Made by a program: the position numbers and the translations under genes | Source of the DNA: Chrysomallon squamiferum | Lineage: Eukaryota; Animalia; Mollusca | DNA length: 64,000 nt | Assembly: GCA_012295275.1 (NCBI GenBank) | Contig: CM022669.1 | Location: 3,844,001 to 3,908,000 of the forward strand | Reading direction: 5' to 3' | Part shown: piece by piece, positions 30,290 through 45,159 of the stretch | How positions within the stretch are numbered: position 1 is the stretch's first letter | How the letters are laid out: each line of letters starts with the position of its first letter | The notes under the pieces: generated by a model | What the model was told of the DNA's origin: nothing | Database searches by the model: none | What the model saw: only the letters and a program-made list of their open reading frames with translations

Positions 30290-31190
30290 CCACTGGTGTG
30301 TCTGTATTAGAATTTGTCTCAATAGTGTAGTTTGTTTCTTTTTAGTTTAACTATATTGCAGTATGTTTCAATAGCGTACTTTGTTTCTGATTCGAATGGT
30401 ATGACTATATTACAATATGTTCCAATAATTTAGAGTGTTTCTGGTTCAAATGGTATGACTGTATTACAGTATGTTTCAGTAGAATAGTTTCGTTCTGACT
30501 CAAATGGCATAACTGTATTACAAAACGAAATATGGTTGTGTGCTTCTATTTCAAATGGCAGAACTGTATTACAGTAATGACAGCAGACTAGTTTGTGATT
30601 CAAATAATAAATCCGTATTACAATACATATTAATTGTAAATACTGTTTCTGATTCAAATGACAGAACTAGAGACAACTATATATCTAAAAACAGTTCTTT
30701 GTTTCTGTTTTATATGCCAGACTGTATTAATAGTATAAAATGCTTCAGAATGAACTGATATAGCTGTATTACTATATAGCTCAACGAGGTAGAGTGTGTT
30801 ACTGTATTACTGTATGTTTCAATAACTTGTTTCAGTATATCTCAGTAGTTTAATACGTTTCAAAAGGCATTACCATATTATAGTATATTTCAGTAGCATA
30901 GCTTGTTTCTGTTTCAAATTGTATAATCGTATTACAATAATATTATGTCAAAAATTTCGTAGTTTGTTTCTGTTTCAAACGGCATAACTGTACAACTGTA
31001 TATTTCAACTACTTATTTTGCATAACCGTATTACAATATGTTAAAAAATAGCGTATGTTCTTTCTCTTTCAAAGGTTATAACTATATTACAATATATTTC
31101 AACAATTTATTTTGTATAACCGTATTACAACATGACAAAAACAGCGTATTTTCTTTCTGTTTCGAAGGGTACTACTGTATTAGAATATTT
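30290..31190. repeat. Degenerate ~50-bp minisatellite (tcaaatggcataactgtattacaatatgtttc... family)
   Basis: Recurring ttcaaatgg/actgtattaca/tttgtttctg motifs at roughly 50-bp intervals. Confidence 0.75.
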
Positions 31191-31512
31191 CGCTATGGTT
31201 GTTTTGTGACAGCAATAAATAAATTAGCGAGTGTAAAGGAGTGATTCACATGACAGAAACGCGGTTATCGACAAGCTGATGAAAACGTTTGTGTGACAGA
31301 CTGTCACGTGTCTGCTAATAAAACTGAGTGTTTTGAGTGGCGCGTCATGTCGACTCCGACGAAATGTCTGATTGAGTCTTCTTCTGTCAGTGATCCAATG
31401 ACAGCCATTTTAGTTCTACAGCATGGGTTTTTTTTTCTTCTTTTTTCTTTTTTCATTATTTTCTTTCATTTCATTTTGTTTTATTTTATTTATATATTTA
31501 TATATTTTATTA

Positions 31513-31572
<60 letters not shown>

Positions 31573-34500
31573 GTTGTTGTTGTTGTTGTTGTTGTTGTTA
31601 GTGTTGTTGTTGTTGTTGTTGTTGTTGCAATGACTGTTACTACTAATACTATATTAACGAACGTGATGAAATTAAGTTTTTTTTCTACAAAAATGTTTAA
31701 ATCATGTAGTATTTTAATTAAGGCAGTAACATCTTTATTGTTTTCTCTCTCTCTCTTTCATTTCTTACTTCTTTTTTATATCAACATTTCAATAAAAATA
31801 TTTTATGGATGGATTTTTTATTTTTGTTGAAAAATATGTTACAAAAGCACCTTTTATATTTCTTCCTGCAGTTTTATATTACTTTTATCTTAGAAAGTTT
31901 TGACTGTACAAGAGATTAATGGTATGTTCTTCTTTCTACTGGTTTATTTTTTGCTTTTTTTTGTTTTGTTTTGTTGTTGTTAAACATATCGCAATACAAA
32001 GATTTTATCTGACACGGGAACACAAAAAAGATAAGGATTTTATTTCACTAATGAACATGTAAAGTTTGTAAAGTATAAAGAATAAATGAATGAGCTAACA
32101 AACAAACAAACAAGTAAATAAATAAATAAATAAATAGATAAATAAATAAATATTAAATTTAAAAAAATATATTATTTAAAATTAAATGACGAAAATGAAA
32201 TTGCAGTGACCTATCATTTCTAAATATTTAATGAATTTGCAGCAGTGTTTATATTTATCAACTTAACTTTTTAAATACTGTTTACACTTAGTATTATATG
32301 AGCTTTACTTTTAAGCTTCTGTTGTTTTTAGGTCGGGATTTTTTTTTTTTTTTTTTTTTCTAATGATTTTACTTCATCTGTTGTCAGGAGAATATTAATA
32401 TGTTTCCCTTGCAGAAAAAAAAAAGAAAAAAAAGAAAAAAAAACCCAGAAAAAGCTTAACTCTTTATATTGGCTATCGGTCTGTCCCCGAAGGCTCAAAT
32501 AAGCAGAATAGGAATCGTTCTTTTTTTTTTCTAATTTTTTTTTTTTTTCTTGTTATAAACTCAATTAGTTTTCCCAACTGGTGTGCCAGAAGCTATGATT
32601 TTATTAGTATTTTCATATGACATTCAGCAGACTGCGACCGTCTTTCCTCTTTAGTCGAGGCATTAATCTTGGTTTCGGCAGTTTTATTGAAACGGTGGAG
32701 AATTTGATCACACGCCTGCACGGAGCACCAGTGGTAATGAATGTAAGTCGTAGTTGCGGTCGTGTATTGAGGGATTCTATTAGTGTGCTGGGATCCACTG
32801 TGCTGCAGTATCAAGCCGGGAGATAAAAACAGAAAAAGGTTCGCTGTTATCTGTCTGACACTGACGTCTTGTCTGTCAGTCTGTCAGTCCAACGATAAAA
32901 AAAGTTTTCTCGTGCAGAACTAAATTAAAACCGTGCTGACTACGTTATTGTTTATACTTAATGCTAAATATTTTGATACGCGGTATAATTATACAAATTA
33001 TTTTGATTAGTGTATAATTATACTAAATTCTGATATGTGGTGTAATTACGCTAAACATTTTGATACGTGATGTAACTAGGCTATTTTTTAAATACAGTGT
33101 TGCTATCTAGTTTGATGTGCGGGTAAATATAATATCCCGCTCTGGTTAATACATATAAAGCTCTTATGTTTTTTTGATAATCAAGATTCTAAAGGAAAAT
33201 TACAGCTAAAAAATAAAATAAAATAAAATAAAATAAAATGTATAAAAAGTAAAGCCTGACCAGATACAGTGACAGACACAGCAGTTTTGCCAGTCATCTG
33301 GTTTCTGTTTTTTTGTTTATTTTCATCTATCAGTAAGTATGTAACTGACGAGGCTGCTGTCTCTATCGTCAGCAGGAAGGAGAAAATGGCATCTCTGTGC
33401 TTTTCACAGTTGTTTCATTACTAAATCCAGATCTGCAGAATCAAATAAAACAATCAGGCAAACGTACGAAAAAACCTATGACCTGGTTAACCAAATTTCG
33501 TTTATTTCTTTCGTATAATCATCATAATTATACAGCTTTAAAACAGAAGAAGAAACATGTAATTATAACCGTCAATAGTTAAATGGTCTTAGGTGTCGTT
33601 ATATCAAATTTTGTTTACTATTGTCTCGTAAGAACAGAAGTCGAATTTATTTGCTTAATAGATAACATTCAGATTATTATGTTTCAACTATTACTTCATC
33701 TTGTAACGATGAAATTCTTGCAGTAACCTGTTGCTCTTGACAGAGATTTTATTGTCTGATGTACATCCTAATCAGATTAGTTTACTAAGAATATTCTCCA
33801 GTGACACACACCTAGTTCCAGAGATTACTGTAATTCTATTAGAGTTGACAGATTTCACAATAACGTCGGACCAGACAGTCACAAATCTTCCCGTGCCTAT
33901 TCAAAAGTCTACAGCAGCCTTTGAAAAAACTCCAGTATATTAACACATGAGACTGAATAAACGCACTGGTCCATATCTAGTAACTTAATTGGATTTTTTT
34001 TTCCTGCTTATTTATTCGCGTCTGTAAATGCATACCTCGCTGAGGTTTATGTAAAATCTCTGACAAGACAACTGTTGGAAAGTTTCACGAAGTGTAGTTT
34101 ATTATTCTCTCTCTCTCTCTCTCGCTTCGCAAACAGTTCGATACCACTTTTCTTGACCTAAAGATCCCTGCTTTGATTCTACGCAGCAAACAACACTCTA
34201 TCATTAAGAAAATCAATCTCTTTAGACAGGTCGGGGTACTCTTTGATTCTATCAACTTGTGAGGAGGTAAGGATGCCAACGCGATAATTGTGCCTGTTGG
34301 CAACTCTGAGATTCAGAACTTCACGTGGTGCTCCATGGTTTGAAACGTTATTTTCTTAGACAAATAAAAACAGCGTTCTCAAAACAGCTGGTAATAAATG
34401 TTTGTATGTAGATAGTTTTTTTTTTTAATATTGTTGTACCGTTTATTTTAATAATGATGCAGACCTTTTGTTTTTCTTTCTTCTCTTTTAAAGCAAGAAA

Positions 34501-36389
34501 CGAAAATGTCACCAATATGGAAGCAAGAAAAAAAAAAAAAAAAAATAATAATAATAATAAAATAATAAACAAACAAACAAACAAATCAATAAATAAGTAA
34601 ATAAATAAATAAATATGTAATTAAAAATAAAAAAAAGTATATTTATTATATATTTGAATATTTAGTTTCAGCCATTTAATGAAAGGTGTATAAAAACTTT
34701 AATTATTTTAACATCACTGTTTATTTATGCAAAATACAGTTAAATCTATCCTGGCCTGCACTCAGCACAAAAAGATATCAAAGCATTTATGATTCAAATA
34801 TTGTGCTAAGTTTGAAATTCTGAAGTTTGCCTTTACAGGTTTCTTACAATCTTCATAAACAAAACATAAACTATTTCAGAAATAAATACATAAACAACAT
34901 TAGACGTAAGAAGCAGAAACAGTAGTAGCACTGGTGATGGTGGTGATATAGTAGTAGTAGAATAAGGTAATAGTAATAGACCTGTTACGAGTAAAAATAT
35001 TTGTGATAGGAGTACTGTGGTAGTAGTTGTTGCTGCTGTTATGGTTCCAACAAATTAGTAATACTTACAACATAAATTAAAAGCATGAAAGTAAAATTTT
35101 AAAATCATCATCATCAACGATACTGTCTCCTCTTTTATTAATTATTATTTAAACTGGGGAAGCACAACAAAATTAACAACTGTTTTAGAGCGAGAACCAG
35201 GAAGATAACGAAGAAGTCCCGTGTGTGCAAACAATATAATTAATTAAGATTCTTTCAGATGTCTCGTGGCATGTCAAGATGTGCAATTTATGTTATTGGC
35301 TTTCTGCGTATTCGGTTACGATTACATTACCAGTGCCAATAAAAGGCGAATCATTCGATGCTTAATTGTCCGTTCTTGTCAGTGTCCATTTTCCCAAAAT
35401 CAACTAGACGTGGATAGTTGCACGTACTCTGTAATTTACACTGCGAGGCTCTTCGATTAAACACTCGTACAGTTCGTCAAAGGGTTCAGAAGATTTAGTA
35501 ATTAATGGACTAGCGTTATCTTCGTTGTATTTTTCAAATTACTTTTTATTAAAAGATAAACATGCAGACAGAGACGTGGTGATGTAAGGTATTATCAAAG
35601 TAGTGAGAAAACACGTTATTTTACAAACGTATATACACTTACTTAAACACACAGAAACACTCGCATACAGACACAGACATAGACATATACATGCATGCAT
35701 TCTAGAATGGTAGATTTTTTTCCCCGATATAATATGCATAGTATTTGGAATCTGAATTGCTTTGTTTTGTACAAACTTCTTTTAGAATGGATTTAGTAAG
35801 ATCAAGAAAATTTGCGGAAAAACGCGAAAACTTTCGAAGGCTTTCGTATCATTTTAGTTAAATCATATTCAGGACACTTTTCTTTCCGAATTATCTAGAG
35901 TGGTTTATGAAGAGTCCATGAAAATGGTCAAACTGAATTCTTCTGGCGTTTTATAATTTGTAGATAATATTTTTTATTATTGTTATTTTTTATAAGAGAA
36001 TATCAGCGAAACTTTTGACAGTTTTCTACGGGACGATATTACGTGATGTAAAAAGCTGGTTGGAGAGGCAATATAAACAAGATACCAGTTTTACTAGAGC
36101 CCTCTGTATATTTAGAGTATGATTTCTTATCTGATCCTTCTCTTTAAAGATGGCCACCAAACTATCAATCTGAAATATCCATCAAACTGACATCGGGTCA
36201 TTTCAAATTCGACTTGGCTTATGGACAAATATACATTACAAACAAATAGCATGTATTCAAAACATGAGAACTTTTCTAATCTACAGTGAAGTTAAATCTA
36301 ATCGTATGTCACCTGTCAAGTGATTAAGTTACCTCACGTACAAATTATTTGAACCACACACGTTAAGATGTCATTTTGTTTCGTTTCAG

Positions 36390-36434
36390 GACGAGAAGAA
36401 TCAGATAATAAAGATCAGCGTCTGGTTGCGTCAG
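36390..36434 (+). CDS. nAChR gene B exon 2 (45 nt, loop D)
   Basis: tttcag|GAC GAG AAG AAT CAG ATA ATA AAG ATC AGC GTC TGG TTG CGT CAG|gtaaga = DEKNQIIKISVWLRQ. Confidence 0.95.
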
Positions 36435-38836
36435 GTAAGAATGTTTCCTCTGTTTATTTCCTCTGTTTAATGTCTCTGTATTCCATTAATAGCTTTTTTT
36501 ATTATCACATTTGTCGATATATCAAAACGAATTGTTATATATTTTGTTCTGGAAGAACATGCCATACCTTTCGTGGTAAAGTTGTGGTAGTTACAAAACT
36601 TCACTTGGAGCAATAGTAATCAACAAATTAACTACCACAACAGTGTTAGCAGTAGTATCAATAATAATAACAGTGACTGTAGTAGTAATAGAAGTACTGA
36701 TAGTTGTAGTAGTAATAATACTAACAGCAGAGTGATAGTAATAACAGTAAAAATATTATTAGTATTATTAGTTGTGGTGTTAGCAGCACTATCAATAAAA
36801 TTACTAATAGAATTAATAATAATAGTAATTTAAGAAGTAGTGTTAATACAAGTAAAAATAACTGCGTAGTAATAGTAGTAAAAGTAGTAGATGTTGTAAC
36901 CGTAGTAGTGGTAGTAAAAGTAATATGAGTAATTGTTGTAGTAATAGGAGTGTAGTAGTAGTAGTAGTTGTGGTGGTGGTAGAAGTAACAGTAGTAACAC
37001 ATTTATATTTAACAGTAGCGGAAGTTATTTTAGTAGAAATCACAGTAAAAGCAGAAATGTAGGTAAGGCAGAGTTAATTCTTCTAATTGTAACAGAAGCT
37101 GTACCAGTAAAATACGAAATATCTGCAGCTGAAGAGACGATGGTCATGAATAACAGTAATAATTAGATGATATTATTTCTGGCTGGTATGTTTTTCCTCT
37201 GTTGCCCTTAGTTTTAATAACACTGACATTCATCATCATGTTACACTGGTCAGCGTATTTATCAAGCAGAAGATAAAATCAGAAGTCAGTGAAACCAAAT
37301 GAAAGCGATCCCAACCTCGGGGAAGTGTTTTCGAATGGCTGCACCGATGTGTTTTCATCGCCTTCGTTTTATCTACTTCTGGGCAGCAGATGGATAGCCA
37401 TTAGGGCTGAGTTCATTTACTAGCAGTGTCTAGCTCTTCAAGTAGATAGACTCTGAATAACTTTTGATTGGAAAGTTTACAAAATCTGGGGCCAAAGATC
37501 AATCGCTTAATCATGCTTCTCACTACACAACGTGGATGTTCACACCGGACTTGGTGTCGACCTCAGCAACAACAACGTATTTCAGTAATCACCATGGACG
37601 GTGACCTGAAATGTGAATCGTTAGCGACGAACGACGCGCTGTTTTTCTGTCAGTCTTGAAATATTTTAGATGTGTTGTTGATGGTGGCAATATTTCATCA
37701 TTATTTTGTCGTTATTGATGATATTTTTTACATTTTTTTTTTATTAGTGTTGTTGTTAACGGTGTCATTTTATCATTATAGTATTACTGATATTGATGGT
37801 CTTATTTTAACAATATTTTTATTATTGTTGTTGTTAATATTGTTGTTTTTGTCATCATTTTGTTAAAGCTGTTATTGATAGTGTTATTTTATTATTATTA
37901 TTTTGTTGTTGTTGTTGTTGATAGTATTATTTTATTACTATTTTTTGTTTATGGTATTATTTTTTAAATACGTTGTTGTTCATGGTGTTATTTTATCAGG
38001 ATGAAGAAAAGGATTTATCATTTAAGATTTCTCGAATTTCACAACAGTTATTTTCAGTGTATCTGTTGATCACACAGACAGAAGTCAGATGATGTGCAAT
38101 TATAAACTTGGAATCTTAGTTTTCTTTAAATTCATGGATATCAATAAATGACAGTTACAGTAGTAGTAGTAGTAGTAGTTGTAGTAGCAGAAGTGGTAGT
38201 AGAAGCTGTAGTAGTAGTAGTAGTAGTAGTAGCAGTGGTAGTAGAAGCAGTAGTAGTGGTAGTGGTAGTAGTAGTAGTGATCGTAGTAGACGCAATAGCA
38301 AAATATACGGCACGTGACATACTAGATATTCAAGATTAAAGTGAGGATGATGAATTTGATAATGATGGTGATGATGATTATAAAGGAAAAGATGAAGAAA
38401 GAAAAAATATACTAGTTAATTATTATTATGGCTTATGACATTAAATTCGTAATATTGATTATATACTGTCTTAACCGGAAAGTCATTAGAGATATACCAG
38501 GGAATGCTGCATTTTTAAAAAGTTTGTTTTGTATTACGGAATTCAAGAGAAAAAATAATGTACACTATTATCCCAGGCTGCTCTACATTTGTGTTCTGTC
38601 TTGAAATAAGGTCAGGCTTACAGGAAAGTGAACTATTTAAGACTGAAACAACAAACGTTTAACCGATGAAGCATGTATCTGCTTTCTATATGTATAGCTC
38701 TGAATCTATTCTAGACAAAGTAGTTTGCGTTTTACATTCACCAAACGTTTGATGTCAAAAACATTGCATAGACGTTTGATGTTACTAAGGATACAACTGG
38801 ATACAACTGGATACAACTGGATACTCTGTGTTTCAG

Positions 38837-38946
38837 GACTGGTACGACATGCGACTGACGTGGGATCCTGCCGAGTATAACGGAGTAAAGAAACTGTACA
38901 TCCCTTCCAACGATCTCTGGAAACCTGACCTCGTCCTGTACAACAA
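38837..38946 (+). CDS. nAChR gene B exon 3 (110 nt, loop A)
   Basis: tttcag|[38 protein letters not shown]|gtcagt; phase 0 to 2. Confidence 0.96.
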
Positions 38947-38959
38947 GTCAGTATAGTAC

Positions 38960-39313
<354 letters not shown>

Positions 39314-39785
39314 TGTTATTTTAACTTTTAATTTAAGAATAATCTTAATCAGTTAAAACGATAATTAAATACTGTTATAGTTTCCAAACTTGATGCTATC
39401 GTATGTTTACAGATAGTAATTAAATCTAATGTTCTGTTTATCAGCAAGAGGTTATTTATATGGTACAGATCTGAAAATATCTTCAATCTTATCATCGCTC
39501 TGTAATCGCTAGGCTAATAAAATAATAATAATAATAATAATAATATTAATCAACGTCAGTGTTTTATGACAGGCGCTACATTTTAAACATAAAAAGTGCA
39601 GTAATATAACTTTTAAATGTCTTTATTGTATTTCTGACAAAAGAAAGGATCAAATTCCATTTTTGCAAAACTTCATGAATCATGGTTTTGAATAGTTTAA
39701 TTTTTGGTACGATGGTGAAATGGAACCAAATATCGTGGATATTTAACGTTGTATATTGAGGTATATTTTCACACTTTTTTTTTAG

Positions 39786-40758
39786 TGCTGATGGTGATTT
39801 TGTGGTGACACTACAGACCAAGGCGACTGTACATTATAACGGCTGGATCGTTTGGGAGCCGCCTGCCATCTACAAAAGTTACTGTGAAATTGACGTGGAG
39901 TTCTTTCCTTTCGACATGCAGGAATGTTTTCTCAAATTCGGATCCTGGTCGTATGACGGCACCCAACTTGACCTTCAGCACGTCTGCGACAAGGGCGTCA
40001 AGAAGAACGACATTCTGGTTATCGATAGAGGGATAGACTTGAGAGATTTCTATGCCAACATAGAGTGGGACATCATCAATGTGACGGCACGACGTAGGGT
40101 CAAGTATTACCCTTGCTGTCCCGAGCCGTATCCTGACATAATGTTTAACGTGACGTTGCGCAGGCGGACACTGTTTTATACGCTGAACCTCATCATGCCT
40201 TGCATTTCAATATCCTGTCTCACAGTTCTCGTGTTCTACCTTCCCTCTGATAGTGGTGAGAAAATCACTCTGTCAATTTCAATTCTGCTCGCTTTAACCG
40301 TGTTTTTCCTGCTGCTGTCTGACATCAACCCACCCACGTCTCTCGTGATCCCTCTGATTGGGAAATATCTCCTTTTCGTTCTGATTGTTGTGTCCCTTTC
40401 GATATTCCTGACGGTTTATACGCTGCACATAAACTTCAAATCCCCTACCACAAACAAAATGTCACCTTGGGTTAGGAAAATGTTTACAGAAATACTGCCT
40501 AGGATTCTTTTGATGAAGCGTCCAGAATTTTCTAAACTTCCCAAGGTTGCGGTTAGAACTTGTAACGGAATTGAAATGAGAGAATCCGTAGCGACGTCGA
40601 CGTCACGTGACTGGCATTCTTACGAAAACGTAAGACAACGTCATTTCTCGGAAGAGCCCGAAGAAGTCTCCGCGACTTTTGCGCCAAACGTAACTGAGGC
40701 TCTTTACGGGGTGAAATTCATAGCAGATCATTTAAAGAAAGAGGATGAGGATATGGAG
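39786..40758 (+). CDS. nAChR gene B (alpha subunit) large exon 4
   Basis: ttttag|T GCT GAT GGT GAT TTT; Cys-loop [15 protein letters not shown]; loop B FGSWSY; loop [11 protein letters not shown] (vicinal Cys); M2 [14 protein letters not shown]; donor GAG|gtgaga. 973 nt. Confidence 0.97.
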
Positions 40759-42393
40759 GTGAGACCATTTTCAGTAGAAATTAAGTTTTGTTACTACGGC
40801 ATATAGTACGTTAGCTACCATATGTTGTGTGTCCTTGACAAACATACACACACGCACACACACGCACACACACACACACACACACATATACACAGGCACA
40901 CACATACACATATACAATGACAATTTTGAGAGAAATGTTTTGATTTGTGTGTGTTTGTCTGTCTGTCTGTGTGTGTGCAGTGTGCATTTATGGCCATTTA
41001 ATCCGTTATTGCTTTATTCATATATTACGTTTTGCTATTCTGAGCAATTACGTGAAAATGCATTTTTTACATTGCACAGTACTAACAGAAATAGCTTTTC
41101 AGTGTTTCAACCAAGCGTCAACAATTTTTCTCATATTCTACATCTTGAGTTCCTTAAAAATATGTCTTACTTTAATGCGAAACGATTATGGCATTGTTTA
41201 CGTGTAAAGATAAGAAAACATACTTTAAAATAAAACAATACAATCATGAACATTCCTAAATTAACACTTTGAATCAGTTATGACATGATGGTGTTATAAG
41301 ACAAACTCGTCATTTTGTTACTAACACTGAAGGATTTGGAGACTTAAACGATTACGACATTGTGTTGTTTTGGAATAACTAACTTACAGAACCAATCGTT
41401 TTAAGCTTAAACGTTACGACATAGATGATCCTGGGAACAAGAAATTTATACAATTTAAACCCGTGGTATTCCTGAAATCATCGATCACTTTCAACAACAA
41501 ATAACAAGCAACAAAATGAAAAACAAAACAATTAACAACAAAAACAACTGAAAGAAAATGCTTGTAAAACATTAAAGCAACAACTTTAAATCATTCCTGA
41601 AATGATTCTGTGTCACGAAATAGTGGATTGACGTCGATGATGGACATGCAAGACATAATAATTAAACTTTGATTTGATTTCATACATATATATATATATA
41701 TCAGTCCAGATATATTTCTTGTCTTCTAGGTTTGTTCCTTCTTTTTTAAATTCATTTTACTTGTCAAAGCAGATTAGTCTCTTAGGACTCACTGTATAAA
41801 TTAACCTCTGTGCTGATACGGGTTCGAGACTCTGGAATTACAAGATAACCAAGTCGCACTGAACACTAGAAAACAGCACAGAACTGACACGAGTGGTATA
41901 TGGAGTCTACATAAATATATTTAAACCATGTTGAATTTAGATCAGTGGTTCGTGACAGTAGCATTAACTCTGAAACACCATTCGTGATCCTGCAAGGTTC
42001 TTTTTTTTCTCTTTGAAAACGAAATGTTGCTCTTCAAGTGTACAGTTAATCATTATACTGTCAGGAATTCTCAAGAGCCAATCAAACAAGAAAATTGATG
42101 GACTGCGTATTCAACGAGTTGGTTTCCGTGTTTCGTCGCTTGCTTGCAGGACCCTAAATCAATGCTGCTGCCAAACTGCCAATATTGCATGTGTTTGAGT
42201 GATTTGATTCAAAAGTGCAATTATTCAATTCAGTGTCTCTGTCTGTCCAAAACCCTCACTCTACCCCCACCATATAACTACATTTTAAAACAAGAAGAAA
42301 TAATTCAGTTCAGTTCAGGATTTCTCTACTGAATTATATAAAATGAGATTGTCTAATTATTTTATATTTTCTAAACAGTATTTTCTATTATTA

Positions 42394-42434
<41 letters not shown>

Positions 42435-43018
42435 ATTGTTAATACTGTTATTATTATTATTGCAATAATATAATTATTATAATTATTATAAAAATTTTAA
42501 TTTATTATGAGTGTGTGTGTTTGTTGTGTGTGTGCGTGTTATTATTTTTATTATATTTATTTTGGAGATGGGGAATTATTTATTTATTTTATTTATTTGT
42601 TTATTTATTCATTCACTCAATCACTCATTCATTCATTCTTTCATTCACTCACTCATTCATTCTTTTCTTCATTCATTCTTTCATTAATTCATTCATTCGT
42701 TCATTAGTTTATTTTAATTATTTTTACTTTATTTTAATTTAAATTTTTTAATTTAATTCAATGTAAAATTGTAAATTTCTATGGTTTAATTCAATGACAA
42801 ACTGTTTATGTAACTTTACTATGAAGATTCTAAATCAGAATGACTAAAGTTTAGATATCCAGTTTCTGATAAACAGAAAAATACTCAAATATGCTTTTAT
42901 GTTACCGTTAAACAAATATTTGACATTGTGTGTTAGGAAATAAATCAGTTTTTGTTTGTTTGTTTGTTTGTTGTGTAAACCAGATTTAATTTTAACCTTT
43001 CTGTTTTTGTCTTTTCAG

Positions 43019-43189
43019 GAGATACGCGACTGGAGATACATTGCCATGGTGATGGACAGATTCTTTCTGGTGATATTCTCCACCGCTTGCTTCTGCGGCA
43101 CACTGAGTATTTTTTTGTTTGCTCCTTCACTGTACGACCCTCGAGAACCCCTGGCCAAGGAGGATCCCAACAACACCTGCATTTACTGA
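43019..43189 (+). CDS. nAChR gene B last coding exon (MA helix end, M4, C-terminus)
   Basis: ttttcag|EIRDWRYIAMVMDRFFLVIFSTACFCGTLSIFLFAPSLYDPREPLAKEDPNNTCIY*. The spliced CDS totals 1527 nt (508 aa). Confidence 0.96.
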   Translation, partial: EIRDWRYIAMVMDRFFLVIFSTACFCGTLSIFLFAPSLYDPREPLAKEDPNNTCIY

Positions 43190-43575
43190 ACTGGAACCAA
43201 GTTCGCCAAACCTTCACTATCACGAACTGAGGGATTGCGTCATAAAACAGCTGACGTCACAAATTAACTTATTCCGCTATAATCATTCGCCTTCAGAGCC
43301 GAACTTAGTTCATGTGTATGCGATGGAATCCGTGAGTTTCTTTTGTAACGCAAAGAAAACAAACACCTAGAAACGTCCATTTTTTTGTTTTGCAGCGCTG
43401 GTGCAAAGACATTAGCCATAACACTGTTAACTCCACATACTACCAATAAGGAAGATTAAAGACTTCAATACCAACGTTTCTTTCAAACTTGCTGGGCAGT
43501 GGTAAACGACAAGACTGTCTGGTCTTTGTAACTAACGGTTCAATGCACTGGCAATGATGCTGTGAGGGTAAAACA

Positions 43576-43617
43576 AATAAAAATGCTCTGTCCAAGGTAG
43601 ACGTGTGTTTTAATAAA
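43576..43617 (+). terminator. Candidate polyadenylation signals of gene B
   Basis: AATAAA at 43576 and 43612, ~400 nt after the stop. The motif is common in AT-rich DNA. Confidence 0.3.
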
Positions 43618-43961
43618 TCGCTGATTTTATTCATTAACTATTTATTTTCCTTCGTTCCAGTATCAGGGACAAAGAACTAATACAACTGTAGGTTAGGTTT
43701 AACAATAAATTAGTCTTGAAGCATTATAGAATAGTTATGAAAACTACTTTGTTTTAATCATGTTCTTTATAAAAAACAAAACGTGTTACAGGATTTTACA
43801 TATACCAAAGACACATTTTGAATTTATTGGTGTTAATATATTAAAAATGAAATTGTTCTGTATGATTCAACGGAAGAAAATATTCGTATTATTACGGTTG
43901 TCAGCTTTCTCGGGAATTTTTTTTTTTTTTTTTTTTTTTTCTGTGGGGTTTTATTTGTGTT

Positions 43962-44055
<94 letters not shown>

Positions 44056-44487
44056 TCTTGCGAGTGCGCGTGCGTTGCGTGTTTCTGTGTATTTTCCGTA
44101 CTGTATCAAATAAAATAACTATTAAGAAAAATAAAACAGGTTCAGCGGATCAGAAGATCATGAGTGATATAATTTCAGTGTATAAATGAATATAACTTAT
44201 ACAGATTTTTGTAATGACTTAAAAATTAAAAAAATTAAAATACATGTCTTGAGAATTTGATAACAAGATTTTTTTCTACTATTTGTCCTAAACACCGCAT
44301 ACTGGTATATATATGTTCTGTGCTTGGTATTACTTTCTATTATTATTATCTTCATAATCTTCATCATCATTATCATGTCATCATCGGTTTTATTATTGTT
44401 ATTGTTATATTATCATCATCATCATCATTATTATTTTTATTATTATTACCATCACAGTCGATGTTCTTATTATTGTTGTTGTTACTG

Positions 44488-44554
<67 letters not shown>

Positions 44555-45115
44555 TGTCGTCTTACAAATGTACCTCCTGTAACATAGAAAGCCGTCGAAG
44601 GAGAATATGTTGTTTATTTTCATTGTCGGTAAAGTGATTAAATAAAGACTCGTTCACGAGTTTTCAAGACGAGTGTGGGCTTTTTCGTGTTTATATGTCT
44701 GTCTGTCTGTCCTTACTGTTAATAAGCTGCAGTTTTCTTCGAAAATATATTTTCAGTGAACTGCTTTTGTGTACAAGTGAATGAATACACTTAGAATGTG
44801 TGTCTGTGTTGCCTGAGTGCGTATATGCGATTTTTTTCCGAGGTTGTTTTTCATTTGATATTGATTACTTGCTTGAAGAGAAAGAAAAGACATTCGCCAA
44901 TTTTAAAAAAATATTTTAAAAAATACGTTTTCAACGTGACAGTTATATGTATACTGATATTTCAGTCGAATAGCAAATAATAATTATACTATCATTCTTT
45001 TTCTTACACCATTATTCTTTATTTCATTTCTTTTTTTGAAGCTATTCATGTAGGTAAATCTTCTTATACTTAAATAGTAATAGCTATGATAATGATAATG
45101 ATCATGCTGATCATG

Positions 45116-45159
<44 letters not shown>

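Noticed and set aside
37581-37606. RE1/NRSE-like motif (tcaccatggacggtg)
   Set aside because: The left half-site TCAGCACC is not matched, and REST regulation is not established for the likely host.
41790-41870. tRNA or tRNA-derived SINE (B-box-like ggttcgagac at 41821)
   Set aside because: No convincing A-box, cloverleaf, tail or TSD.
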